Notes: generated from the letters alone by a model not told the origin. Positions 20,676 through 29,876 are shown, counted from the first letter of the stretch. The stretch: 64,000 nt of DNA from an uncultured Solirubrobacterales bacterium (GCA_963753145.1 CAVWAX010000001.1:39573-103572), one strand, 5' to 3'. Numbers and translations are program-made.

Positions 20676-20728
20676 TCGCGCGGCTTGGCCACGTTGTCGG
20701 CGGGAGCCCGCTCCCGCAGGATGGAGCG

Positions 20729-21997
20729 ATGGCACACGAGATTGTGATCCTCGGCGGGGGAACCGGAGGGACGTTGGTCGCCAACCGGCTCGATCGCGTG
20801 TTGGGCGAGGCGGCCCACATCACGGTGCTCGACCGCGACAACACCCACGTCTACCAACCAGGGCTCTTGTTCGTCCCGTTCGGCATGGCCGAGCCGAGCG
20901 AGCTGGTGCGTTCGCGCGACCTGCAGTTGCGCGAACGGGTCGATTTCATCGTCGGTGAGGTGGACAGGGTTGAAATCGAGCAAAGCCGCGTGAAGCTCGT
21001 TGCGGGCCTTCGCGAGATTCCCTACGACGCGCTCGTGATCGCCACCGGCGCGGTGCTCCAGCCGCAGGAGACCGAGGGCTTGGCGGGCCCGGAGTGGGGT
21101 CGCTCGATCCACACCTTCTACTCGCTCGAGGGCGCCACCGAGCTGCGCTCCGCGCTCGAGCGCTTCGAGCGCGGACGCATGGTCGTCAACCAGATCGACA
21201 TGCCGATCAAGTGCCCGGTGGCGCCCCTGGAGTTCTGCTTCCTGGCCGACTGGTGGCTGCGCGAGCGGGGTCGGCGCGAGGACGTGGAGATCACCTTTGT
21301 CACGCCGCTCGACGGTGCTTTCACCAAGCCCGTGGCCTCGGCCAGGCTCGGCCAGTTGCTCGCCGCCAAGGGCATCCGCGTCGAGTCGGAATTCGCGACC
21401 GGCCGGGTTGATGCGAGCGAGCGAAGACTGCACAGCTGGGACGAGCGTGAGATTCCCTACGACCTGCTCGTGGCGATTCCTCTGCACGGCGGTCCCGACT
21501 ACATAGACCGCTCAGACGGCCTGGGAGAAGCGCTCGGCTTCGTGCCGACCGACCCGCACACCCTGCGCTCGAAGGTCGCGGAGAACATATTCGTGATCGG
21601 CGACGCGACCGACCTGCCGACCTCCAAGGCGGGCTCGGTGAGCCACTTCGAGGGCGATGTCGTGGCCGGCAACGTGCGCCGCTTCCTGGCCGGGGAGGAG
21701 CTCGATCCGGCCTACGACGGTCACGCCAACTGCTTTATCGAGACCGGCTTTCACAAGGCCCTGCTGATCGACTTCGACTACGACCACGAGCCGCTGCCGG
21801 GACGCTACCCCGAGCCGCACTTCGGGCCCTTGCCGCTGATGGCCGAGTCGCGGCTGAACCATCTTGCCAAGCTCGCATTCCAGCCTCTCTACTGGAACGT
21901 GCTGCTCCCGGGTCGCGAGATCCCGGGTGTCAGCCCGCGCTTTCGCGCCGAGCACGACGAACACGTGGAGCGGGCCAGGGAGGGAGCGTCGCGATGA
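20729..21997 (+). CDS. sqr: Sulfide:quinone oxidoreductase family flavoprotein
   Basis: ILGGGTGG, YQPGLLF, PIKCPVAP, VIGDATDLPTSKAGS, YDGHANCFIETG. Confidence 0.85.
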   Translation: MAHEIVILGGGTGGTLVANRLDRVLGEAAHITVLDRDNTHVYQPGLLFVPFGMAEPSELVRSRDLQLRERVDFIVGEVDRVEIEQSRVKLVAGLREIPYDALVIATGAVLQPQETEGLAGPEWGRSIHTFYSLEGATELRSALERFERGRMVVNQIDMPIKCPVAPLEFCFLADWWLRERGRREDVEITFVTPLDGAFTKPVASARLGQLLAAKGIRVESEFATGRVDASERRLHSWDEREIPYDLLVAIPLHGGPDYIDRSDGLGEALGFVPTDPHTLRSKVAENIFVIGDATDLPTSKAGSVSHFEGDVVAGNVRRFLAGEELDPAYDGHANCFIETGFHKALLIDFDYDHEPLPGRYPEPHFGPLPLMAESRLNHLAKLAFQPLYWNVLLPGREIPGVSPRFRAEHDEHVERAREGASR

Positions 21998-22312
21998 GCG
22001 TTGTCACATTGGCGGGTACGAGCGTCGAGGTCGATGCGGAGGGATTCCTGCTCGATGCCTCACAGTGGAACAAGCAGATCGCCCAAGAGATCGCGAGCGC
22101 CAACGGAATAGAGCGGCTCAATGATCGCCAGTGGCAGGTGGTCGAACTTCATGCGCTCCACCTATCTGGAGAGCGGCTCGGCGCCCTCGATTCGCGCCCT
22201 GGGCAAGACCTCGGGCGTGCCGATCAAGGAGCTCTACGAGCTGTTTCCCAAGGGGCCCGCCAAGCTCGCCGCAAAGATCGCGGGGATTCCCAAGCCGCGC
22301 GGCTGTATCTGA
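21994..22312 (+). pseudogene. tusE: TusE/DsrC-family sulfur carrier with a +1 frameshift at ~22145 (possible sequencing error)
   Basis: VDAEGFL..QWQVV is in one frame and FMR..LYELFPKGPAKLAAKIAGIPKPRGCI* is in the next. The span is 319 nt (3n+1). Confidence 0.85.
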
Positions 22313-22337
22313 GACAACCACGGACCGAGGCAATCAT

Positions 22338-22805
22338 ATGAGCGACACGATCGAGAAGGTCTCCATCATCGTCTCCAAGGGCTCCCTGGAGGGGATCTAT
22401 CCGGGCCTGATCATGGCCAACGGAGCCCGCATGGAGGGCATCGAGGCGAACCTCTTCTTCACCTTCTTCGGCCTCGACGCGGTCAACAAGGCAAAGCACG
22501 AGCACGTCAAGGTCGCGACCGTCGGCAACCCCGGCTTGCACCTGGCCACGTGGGCGGGTGGCATCCCTGGCGTCTCGGCGCTCGTCACCCACCAGCTGGC
22601 CGCCGAGATGGACAAGCTCGACATCCCGCCGATTCCCGAGTTCGTGGAGATGATCTCCGACTCCGGCGCCGGCCTGTACGCGTGCAAGGCCTCGGTGGAC
22701 CTCTTCAAGCTCTCAAGCGACGACTTCATCCCCCAGGTCCGCGACATCATCACAGTCGGCGAGTTCTACGGCCTCGCGGGTGGCGGGCAGATTATTTTCA
22801 CTTGA
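22338..22805 (+). CDS. DsrE2/DsrE-like sulfur relay protein
   Basis: IIVSKGSL, LFFTFFGL, LYACKASVDLF, ITVGEFY; GAGG RBS. Confidence 0.85.
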   Translation: MSDTIEKVSIIVSKGSLEGIYPGLIMANGARMEGIEANLFFTFFGLDAVNKAKHEHVKVATVGNPGLHLATWAGGIPGVSALVTHQLAAEMDKLDIPPIPEFVEMISDSGAGLYACKASVDLFKLSSDDFIPQVRDIITVGEFYGLAGGGQIIFT

Positions 22806-22864
22806 TCAACGAGCGCCGCGATCTGCCACGATCATGATGTCCCCCCGTCCGCAAAGGAGAAGCC

Positions 22865-23635
22865 ATGCCCGACTATGTACCCGGAACGCCGTCCTGGGTC
22901 GAACTTTCCTCGTCTGACACCGACGCGTCGGCTCGCTTCTATGGCGAGTTGATGGGCTGGAGTCTGACCGAGCCCGGGGGAGAGGAGACCGGCGGCTACC
23001 GCATGTTCCAGAAGGACTCCAAGAACGTGGCCGGCCTGATGGGCCTGATGCAGGAGGGGCAGCCGGTCGCGTGGTCCACCTACATCAGCGTGGCCGACGC
23101 CGACGAGACCGCGGCCAAGGTCAAGGCTGCGGGCGGCAGCGCGATAGTAGAGCCGATGGACGTCATGGACATAGGCCGGATGGCGTTCTTCGCGGACCCC
23201 ACCGGCGCGGTCTTCGGCGTGTGGCAGCCCAAGAGCTTCGCCGGCGCGGATCTCGTCAACGAGCCGGGTTCGCTGTGCTGGAACAAGGTACTCACCCGCG
23301 ACGCCGATGCCGGCAAGGCGTTCTACCAAGCTGTCTTCGGCTGGCAGGGCCGTCCCCCGGCCTTCGAGGGCGCTCCCACCACGTACACGGTGTGGGAGAA
23401 CGAGGGCAAAGAAGTCGGCGGCATGATGCAAATGACCGACGAGTACTTTCCCCCCGAGATACCGCCCCACTGGGGCGTCGTGTTCGCGGTCGCCGACTGC
23501 GACGCCGCCGTCGCCAAGGCCCGCGAGCTGGGCGCCACCATCACCAACGGGCCGATGGACATGCCGATCGGCCGTTTCGCCGGGATCGTCAACCCGCAGG
23601 GAGCGGCCTTCACGGTGATGCAGCCGGCTGGCTGA
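22865..23635 (+). CDS. VOC/glyoxalase two-domain protein (CFP32-like)
   Basis: PGTPSWVEL, FYGELMGW, DPTGAVFGVW, PHWGVVFAV; AAGGAG RBS. Confidence 0.9.
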   Translation: MPDYVPGTPSWVELSSSDTDASARFYGELMGWSLTEPGGEETGGYRMFQKDSKNVAGLMGLMQEGQPVAWSTYISVADADETAAKVKAAGGSAIVEPMDVMDIGRMAFFADPTGAVFGVWQPKSFAGADLVNEPGSLCWNKVLTRDADAGKAFYQAVFGWQGRPPAFEGAPTTYTVWENEGKEVGGMMQMTDEYFPPEIPPHWGVVFAVADCDAAVAKARELGATITNGPMDMPIGRFAGIVNPQGAAFTVMQPAG

Positions 23636-23657
23636 CACGGTTAATCATTTTGCTGTT

Positions 23658-23729
23658 CGGGTCGGCGCATGCGCCGACCCGCCGGACCGTACATGTACGG
23701 TCCGGGACCTTGCCGCATGCGGCAAGGTC
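23658..23729. repeat. Three abutting perfect 24-bp palindromes (10-bp arm + CATG + reverse-complement arm)
   Basis: CGGGTCGGCG-CATG-CGCCGACCCG (23658-23681), CCGGACCGTA-CATG-TACGGTCCGG (23682-23705), GACCTTGCCG-CATG-CGGCAAGGTC (23706-23729); AT-rich flanks. Confidence 0.97.
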
Positions 23730-23755
23730 TTCACCCATAATTTGATTGGATCGAC

Positions 23756-24142
23756 ATGCACCCCTTCCGCCAAGCGATCGAAGCTCAAGATCTCAAAGCC
23801 GCCGTGGCGCTGATGAGCGAGGACGTCGTGTTTCGCAGCCCGGTCGTCTTCAAGCCCTACCAGGGCCGCGACGCGGTCGTGATGCTGCTCGGGGCCGTAT
23901 CGCAGGTGTTCGAAGACTTTCGCTACGACCGCGAAATCGGCGCGCCCGGCGCACCCGACCACGCGCTCGTGTTTCGCGCCCGCATCGGCGACCGCGAACT
24001 GGAGGGCTGCGACTTCCTGCACACCAACCCCGCCGGCCTGATCGACGAGATGTGCGTCATGGTCAGGCCGCTCTCCGGCGCCCACGCGCTCGCCGACGCA
24101 ATGCGGGCTCAGCTCGAGCGCACCCAAGCCAAGCTCGCCTAG
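23756..24142 (+). CDS. NTF2/SnoaL-like family protein
   Basis: MHPFRQAIEA, DVVFRSPVVFKPYQG, ELEGCDFL, VMVRPLSG. Confidence 0.85.
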   Translation: MHPFRQAIEAQDLKAAVALMSEDVVFRSPVVFKPYQGRDAVVMLLGAVSQVFEDFRYDREIGAPGAPDHALVFRARIGDRELEGCDFLHTNPAGLIDEMCVMVRPLSGAHALADAMRAQLERTQAKLA

Positions 24143-24210
24143 TGCAGGCGACCACCGGGCTTCCGCCATACCGAGCCTCACGCCTGATGTGTTGTTTGCC
24201 TGCGTTCTCA

Positions 24211-24936
24211 TCACGTCGCTGACGAGTCAAAGTCGGCGTTGCGACCCTCATACGGACGACCCGTGCGGGCCTCACCGATGTCGATCACTTCCGTCTTTCC
24301 GGTGGAGGCGACGTCAATCCAGCGGTCGGTCCAAGGACCGCGTCGGTCGAGCGAGGCATGGAAGAGCTTTGTGCGGATCGCGAAGCGTCCCACGCGGGGG
24401 ATGCGCACGTACTGGACGAAGGACACGCCGACCTGCACTGTGATTACTCGCGCAAAGAAGTGGAAGCTCTCGGGAGGGCCTGCGACTCCTGGCCAGCTCT
24501 CCTGTGTCGCGTCGTGGGATTGATCGAGGTCGGGTTGACCCCAGTGGTTTGTGAGTTGGGCGGCGGATGCGCGTTCGAACAGAATCGTCAGCACGGCGTC
24601 GTGTAGGTCGCGATCGCCGGTGTTGGTCAAACCTATGCTGAACACGCCGGCAGGCGGGTCTTGCTCGCCGGGGCCTGAGGAAATCGCACCTATATGGATG
24701 TGCTCGATCACGGGACGGCGCCGGCGGTCAGCTTCCAGTTGCTCGTGCTCCGCGCGAGCCAGCATGAGCTGCTCGCGCGCGCTGGCCGCAGCCGTCTCCG
24801 CCGCGTCGGCGCTGCGGCGCGAGTCACGGGTGCTGCGAAGCGCGACCACGAACGCGCTTGCGGCGACGAGGATTCCCACGACGGCGCCGAATGCGCTGAC
24901 GTATTCGGTCCAAAGCGGCTCGGCGGCTAGCGGCAT
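24211..24936 (-). CDS. Hypothetical single-TM protein with coiled coil and beta-rich C-domain
   Basis: TM SAFGAVVGILVAASAFVVAL, helical linker, GLTNTGD strand motif; no family recognised. Confidence 0.6.
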   Translation of the reverse strand: MPLAAEPLWTEYVSAFGAVVGILVAASAFVVALRSTRDSRRSADAAETAAASAREQLMLARAEHEQLEADRRRRPVIEHIHIGAISSGPGEQDPPAGVFSIGLTNTGDRDLHDAVLTILFERASAAQLTNHWGQPDLDQSHDATQESWPGVAGPPESFHFFARVITVQVGVSFVQYVRIPRVGRFAIRTKLFHASLDRRGPWTDRWIDVASTGKTEVIDIGEARTGRPYEGRNADFDSSAT

Positions 24937-24958
24937 CCGGCCAGGGTACAATGCAGCT

Positions 24959-25534
24959 GTGGCGGTTGAGCCTCTGTTCTACGGTGGCACCCTGGGTGGT
25001 CGCTTGGTTGCGGTTGCGGCGCGAGACGACACGAGCGCGGCCGCGCGCCTGGAGGCTGTCCTCGATCGCGAGGATGAGGACATCTTCGCCCAACGCCACG
25101 AGGCGTGGAAAGCGCTCAGCGTGGGGGTCGAATGGGCGGCCCGAGCACTGCGCTCGGTTGGAGTGGATGGGACAGACACGACGCCGGTGGGGGACTCCGA
25201 GGCGGCGTTCGCTCGGGGACAGCACCTAAACGGTCAGCTTTTCGTGCTGAGTCAGTTGCAAGGACGCCATGATCGTGCGGCCCTGCTCGTTAACGCGGTC
25301 AAGCAGGCGTGCTATGCGGCGGCTGAGCTGGGTCCGATCCAGGGTGGCCGATTGGGAGCGGTTAGGGCGGCTACGGATCGACCGGCGGTCGTGGAGAGCG
25401 TGGCTCCAAGGGAAGCCGACTTGCTTGAGGTCGGTGGCCAGCTCGGCGAGGCGCTGTACCGCTTGAGCGAACTCGGTCTTGGTGACATCGTGACTGAAGC
25501 TGCCAAGGCGCTCGCGGCCGTTTCTCCCACATAG
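24959..25534 (+). CDS. Hypothetical protein
   Basis: TACAAT (24947-24952) is 6 nt before GTG 24959, followed by an open helical-looking frame of 191 aa. Confidence 0.5.
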   Translation: MAVEPLFYGGTLGGRLVAVAARDDTSAAARLEAVLDREDEDIFAQRHEAWKALSVGVEWAARALRSVGVDGTDTTPVGDSEAAFARGQHLNGQLFVLSQLQGRHDRAALLVNAVKQACYAAAELGPIQGGRLGAVRAATDRPAVVESVAPREADLLEVGGQLGEALYRLSELGLGDIVTEAAKALAAVSPT

Positions 25535-25557
25535 CTACCGATCGTTGGCGGTGCCGG

Positions 25558-25581
25558 AAAGCTCGATCAAGAGCTTTGATC
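25558..25581. promoter_or_regulatory. Two interlocked inverted repeats (AAAGCTC-N6-GAGCTTT and GATCAA-N5-TTGATC)
   Basis: Read directly at 25558-25577 and 25565-25581, upstream of the 25706 gene. Confidence 0.4.
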
Positions 25582-25705
25582 TGCGGCCAATCCCGGACTA
25601 AACCAGGTGGCATCCCCCGCTTTGGATTGGGTCCCTTTCCCCGATGCTCGGAGGGCCGCGATGGCAAAGACTTGGCGCCACAAACCACCGAGCCAAGGAG
25701 CAGAC

Positions 25706-26359
25706 ATGAGAAAGCTATTGGAGGTCGGCGGCCTGCTTGCGGCCATCGTCCTGATCGCATTCGGGATCGGCGCGATCGTGATGGGGGCCAGCGGCCAGAG
25801 CACGGTCCACAACAACCTGGTCGAACAAAAGATCGTCGGCACCCCCGACATGACCCCCACGGCGATCAAGGCCGAGGCGGCCAAGTCGGGCCTGAACGTC
25901 TCCACGTTGACCATCCCGACCTGCTCGGTGGCCAACAAGCCCGTCGAAGACGGCGCCTCAGCGCGCTGCTTTGCCCAATACATGACGATCCACGCGCTCG
26001 AGGCGACAGGCGGCCTGTACTACTCGCAGATGCCCCGCTATGTGACCGCTGCCGGCGTGCCCACCAACGAAGAAGCCCGAGCCGCCAAGGACGCCAACGG
26101 TAGGCCCAAGGAAAACCCGGCCCGCGAGGTCTGGGTCCAGGAGACCGCGCTCTCCACGGCCTTGAACACGAGCTACATGGCAAGCCAGGTCGGCGTATTC
26201 GGGATCGTCGTCGGCATCGCCCTCCTGCTCAGCGGCCTGGGCTTCGCGATCCTCGCGATCGGCGGCGCCTTGCGCAACCCCGACAGCGTCCTGCGGTCCC
26301 TGGCCGCGCGAGAGCGCCAAGGCGGCCACGGCGCCACGCCCTCGCCCACTGGGGTGTGA
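25706..26359 (+). CDS. Conserved actinobacterial two-TM membrane protein
   Basis: Terminal TMs, Cys pair CSVANKPVEDGASARC, YMTIHALEATGGLYYSQM, ETALSTALNTSYMA; AAGGAG RBS. Confidence 0.8.
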   Translation: MRKLLEVGGLLAAIVLIAFGIGAIVMGASGQSTVHNNLVEQKIVGTPDMTPTAIKAEAAKSGLNVSTLTIPTCSVANKPVEDGASARCFAQYMTIHALEATGGLYYSQMPRYVTAAGVPTNEEARAAKDANGRPKENPAREVWVQETALSTALNTSYMASQVGVFGIVVGIALLLSGLGFAILAIGGALRNPDSVLRSLAARERQGGHGATPSPTGV

Positions 26360-26385
26360 GCCCGCAGAGGTGTGACAATAGTTAG

Positions 26386-27438
26386 ATGTTCGAGAAGATC
26401 CTCGTCGGGTACGCCGGAGACAGAGCCGGCCACGACGCGATCGCACTGGCCGCCCAGCTCAGTCGGGCGGCCAGTGCCTCTCTCACGGTCCTCTTTCCCT
26501 ACCACCCCGTACTCGCGCGCGAGACCGCCGAGCAGGCCGGCGCGCGCGTCCACAGCGAAGTCCGTTCCCAGCTGGCCGCGCTCCAAGCGGCCGCGGGCAT
26601 CGAGCACGAGCGCCCCGCCGAGAGCAAGCCGGCTGTCGAGGGCGGGCCAGGTTCCGACCTCGACACCTCACAGGCCGTGGAGTGCCTGTGGAGCTCCTCC
26701 AGCTGGCCGATCCGAGCCCTGCACGAGCTGGCCGGCTATCGCGGCTCGGATCTGATCGTGCTCGGCACCGCGCGTGAGACGCTCGGCGAGCGCCTGCAGC
26801 CGAGCGTGATGGCCCGCTTCGTGCACGGCGCACCCTGTGCAATGGCGGTCGCGCCGGCCGGCTATGCCGAGTCGGTCCTCGCGAGCGGGGCATCCACGCC
26901 GAGCGAACCGCGCCCGCGGACGCCTCCCGCGGATGGCGGCTACACCGAGCTAAAGCGCATCGGCGTCGGTTTCGCCTCTACCCCTGAGGGGCTCGCGGCT
27001 CTGAGGCTTGCGCGCGAACTGGCCCAGCGCGTGGGCGGCCGCGTGCAGGTCATCGCCGGCGCCGGTCTGGAGCCGGCGCTCGCCAGCTACGCCTTCTCCT
27101 CGCCCGCGCTCGCCGAAGTCGAAGCGGAGATCTACGCGGAGACCGAGCTGGCGCTTACCCGTGCCGTCGAGGAGGAGACCGTCGACGTTTCGATCCCGAT
27201 CGAGACCGAAACGATCCGCGGCGAGCCCGCCCGGGTGCTCGTCGAGCGCAGCTCGCGACTCGATCTGCTGGTGCTCGGCTCGCGCGCCTACGGTCCTGTG
27301 CGCCACGTCTTCTTGGGAAGCGTCTCCTCCCCGGCGATGCGCGAAGCGCGCTGCCCGGTCCTGGTGGTGCCCCGCGGTGTGGGAGGGGAGGATGAGCACC
27401 TTCGAGCACACACCCCCGGCGTCGCCCGCCCGGCCTGA
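26386..27438 (+). CDS. Tandem-domain universal stress protein
   Basis: KILVGY, DLIVLGT, RIGVGF, DLLVLGSRAYGPVRHVFLGSVS..CPVLVVP. Confidence 0.9.
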   Translation: MFEKILVGYAGDRAGHDAIALAAQLSRAASASLTVLFPYHPVLARETAEQAGARVHSEVRSQLAALQAAAGIEHERPAESKPAVEGGPGSDLDTSQAVECLWSSSSWPIRALHELAGYRGSDLIVLGTARETLGERLQPSVMARFVHGAPCAMAVAPAGYAESVLASGASTPSEPRPRTPPADGGYTELKRIGVGFASTPEGLAALRLARELAQRVGGRVQVIAGAGLEPALASYAFSSPALAEVEAEIYAETELALTRAVEEETVDVSIPIETETIRGEPARVLVERSSRLDLLVLGSRAYGPVRHVFLGSVSSPAMREARCPVLVVPRGVGGEDEHLRAHTPGVARPA

Positions 27439-29836
27439 GCCGATCTCCGCTCGAGGCCTCTCCCAGCGAGAGGCCGACGCCCGCCTGGCGCAGCTCGGCG
27501 CACCCCCCAAGCCCGCGTCCAGCCGCTCCTACCGGAGCATCGTGCGGGCGAACGTCTTCACGGTCTTCAACCTGATCCTGGCAGTCTTCGGTGCGCTCAC
27601 ACTGGCCTTCGGGGATTGGCGCGACGCCCTGTTTCTGGGGGTGATCGTGGCCAACACGACGATCGGCATAGCCCAAGAGACCCGTGCCAAGCGAGCGCTC
27701 GACCGCCTGGCCCTGCTCGTTGCGCCCCGTGCTCGCGCGATCCGCGACGGCGAGCCGCGCGAGATCGCCGTGGGCGAGGTGGTCCCCGGAGATCTGATCC
27801 GGGTCGGTCCCGGCGAGCAGATCGTCGCCGACGGTGAGCTGCTCGAGGCCCACGAACTGCGCCTCGACGAGTCCATCCTCACGGGCGAGAGCGAGCCCGT
27901 GGAGCGGGCTCCCGGGGATAGCGTGCGCTCCGGCGCGTTCGTCGCCGAGGGCGCCGGCGCCTACCTCGTCCAGGCCGTCGGAGAGCACAGCTTCGCGGCA
28001 CGCATCGTCGGTCAGGCGCGAACCTTCAGGCACCCCCGTTCCCCGCTCGAGCAGGCCGTCAACCGGCTCCTCTACGGCCTCGTCGTCCTCATGGTCGGCC
28101 TCGGAGCGGTGCTCGGCTACTCCCTCTATCACCGCCACGTCCCGATCCACGAAGCCGTCTCCACCTCGGTCGCCGGCGCCGTCAGCCTCGTGCCCGAGGG
28201 CCTGATCGTCCTGCTCAGCCTCACCTACGCCGTCGCCTGTATCCGCATGGCCCGTCGCGGCGTGCTTGCCCAACAGCTCAACGCCATCGAGTCGCTCGCC
28301 TCCGTCGAAGTCATCTGCGTCGACAAGACCGGCACGCTCACCGAGTCCGCTCTGCGGGTGGCCGGCGTCGAGGCGGCCCCCGGCACAAGCCGGCGCGAGC
28401 TGACAGACGCCCTCGCGCGCTTTGCCGCCTCGGCCTCCGCCCCCAACGCGACCCTCCGAGCCGTGGCGGACGCCTTTCCGGGCGAGCCCGAGCCCGTCGA
28501 GCAAGAGACCCCGTTCAGCTCCAAGCGGCGCTTCTCGGGGCTGCGCTTCGGTGCGGTCACATACGTGCTCGGCGCTCCCGAGCGCCTGCCCTTGGGTGAG
28601 CTCGCCGAGCGAGCCCAACAGCTCCAGCGCGAAGGGCGCCGCGTGCTCGCGCTGGCCGTCGGCGGCGTCGCCCGCGACCCTGTTCTCGAAGGTATCGCCA
28701 CCGGGGATCGCGCCTCGCAAGATCGCGCATGGCGAGACGATGACGCACTGGCACTCGACCTGCGCCCGATCGGCCTGGTCATGCTCGCCGAGAGCCTGCG
28801 ACCCAACGTGCGCGCCACCGTCTCGTTCCTGCTCGAGCAGGGCGTCGAGGTGAAGGTCCTCTCCGGCGACGCCCCCGCCACCGTCGCGGCGATCGCCCGC
28901 GACGTCGGGATCCCCGCCGAGCGCGTCTTCGACGGCAGCGAAATCCCGGACGGTCCCGAGGAGCTACGCGACTTCGCGCTCGCGGCCAACGCGATCGGAC
29001 GTATCTCACCCGAGGGCAAGCACGCGATCGTCTCCACCCTGCACGACGCCGGCCGTTACGTCGCGATGCTCGGCGACGGCGTCAACGACGTCCCCGCCCT
29101 CAAGCGCGCCCGCCTCGCGATCGCCCAGGGCAGCGGCGCCCAGATGGCACGCTCCATCGCCGACCTGGTGCTCGTCGACGGCGACTTCGACGCGATCCCT
29201 GCCCTCATCCACGAGGGCCGCCAAGCGCTGCGCAACCTCCAGCGCGTCACCAAGCTCTACGTCACCAAGTCCGCCTTCGCCGCCTTCCTGATCCTCACGA
29301 TCGGCACCAGCTCCGAGGCCTACCCACTGCTGCCGCGCCATCTCAGCCTCGCCGCCGCCCTGGCGATCGGGATCCCCACCTTCTTTCTTGCCTTGGCCCC
29401 CTCACGGGGAGCGTGGCGGCCCGAGGGCTTCGTGCGTCGCGTCGCCCGCTTCGCCGTCCCCGCCGGCACGATCGTCGGCGTGGGCACCGTCACCGGCTAC
29501 CTGTTCGCCCTGCACGACCTCGACTACTCGGTGATCCAGGCCCGCACGATCGCCACCACGGTCCTCGTACTGGTGGGCCTGTATCTGGTCCTGGTGCTCG
29601 AGTCCACCGGCTCCGTGCGCCGCTCGGGGATCGTCGGCGCCATGTGCTTCGCGCTCGCCGGCGCCTACGCCGCCGTCCTGCTGCTACCCGCCACGCGCCA
29701 CTTCTTCCAGTTCGCGGCTCCCGGCGCCGGCATGCTCGCCACCGCCCTGCTCGCCGCCGCCGTCTCGATCGGAGCGCTCGTGCTCTCGGGCTTCGGCCTC
29801 AGTGCCTCCACGCGCTCGGCCGAGCTCACCGGGTGA
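27392..29836 (+). CDS. P-type cation-transporting ATPase (CtpE-like)
   Basis: DESILTGESEP, LVPEGL, VDKTGTLT, VLSGD, MLGDGVNDVPAL. Confidence 0.9.
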   Translation: MSTFEHTPPASPARPEPISARGLSQREADARLAQLGAPPKPASSRSYRSIVRANVFTVFNLILAVFGALTLAFGDWRDALFLGVIVANTTIGIAQETRAKRALDRLALLVAPRARAIRDGEPREIAVGEVVPGDLIRVGPGEQIVADGELLEAHELRLDESILTGESEPVERAPGDSVRSGAFVAEGAGAYLVQAVGEHSFAARIVGQARTFRHPRSPLEQAVNRLLYGLVVLMVGLGAVLGYSLYHRHVPIHEAVSTSVAGAVSLVPEGLIVLLSLTYAVACIRMARRGVLAQQLNAIESLASVEVICVDKTGTLTESALRVAGVEAAPGTSRRELTDALARFAASASAPNATLRAVADAFPGEPEPVEQETPFSSKRRFSGLRFGAVTYVLGAPERLPLGELAERAQQLQREGRRVLALAVGGVARDPVLEGIATGDRASQDRAWRDDDALALDLRPIGLVMLAESLRPNVRATVSFLLEQGVEVKVLSGDAPATVAAIARDVGIPAERVFDGSEIPDGPEELRDFALAANAIGRISPEGKHAIVSTLHDAGRYVAMLGDGVNDVPALKRARLAIAQGSGAQMARSIADLVLVDGDFDAIPALIHEGRQALRNLQRVTKLYVTKSAFAAFLILTIGTSSEAYPLLPRHLSLAAALAIGIPTFFLALAPSRGAWRPEGFVRRVARFAVPAGTIVGVGTVTGYLFALHDLDYSVIQARTIATTVLVLVGLYLVLVLESTGSVRRSGIVGAMCFALAGAYAAVLLLPATRHFFQFAAPGAGMLATALLAAAVSIGALVLSGFGLSASTRSAELTG

Positions 29837-29857
29837 GGCCGACCCGGCGGCTTCACC
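29832..29857. terminator. Hairpin between convergent genes
   Basis: GGTGAGGCCG-ACCCGG-CGGCTTCACC, 10-bp stem with one G-U pair. Confidence 0.5.
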
Positions 29858-29876
29858 GCGCCTCGGAGGCCCGCGT

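Noticed and set aside
23658-23729. Palindrome block read as a mini-CRISPR or ordinary terminators
   Set aside because: There is no direct repeat or spacer pattern, no cas gene, and no U tract. Kept as an unexplained finding instead.
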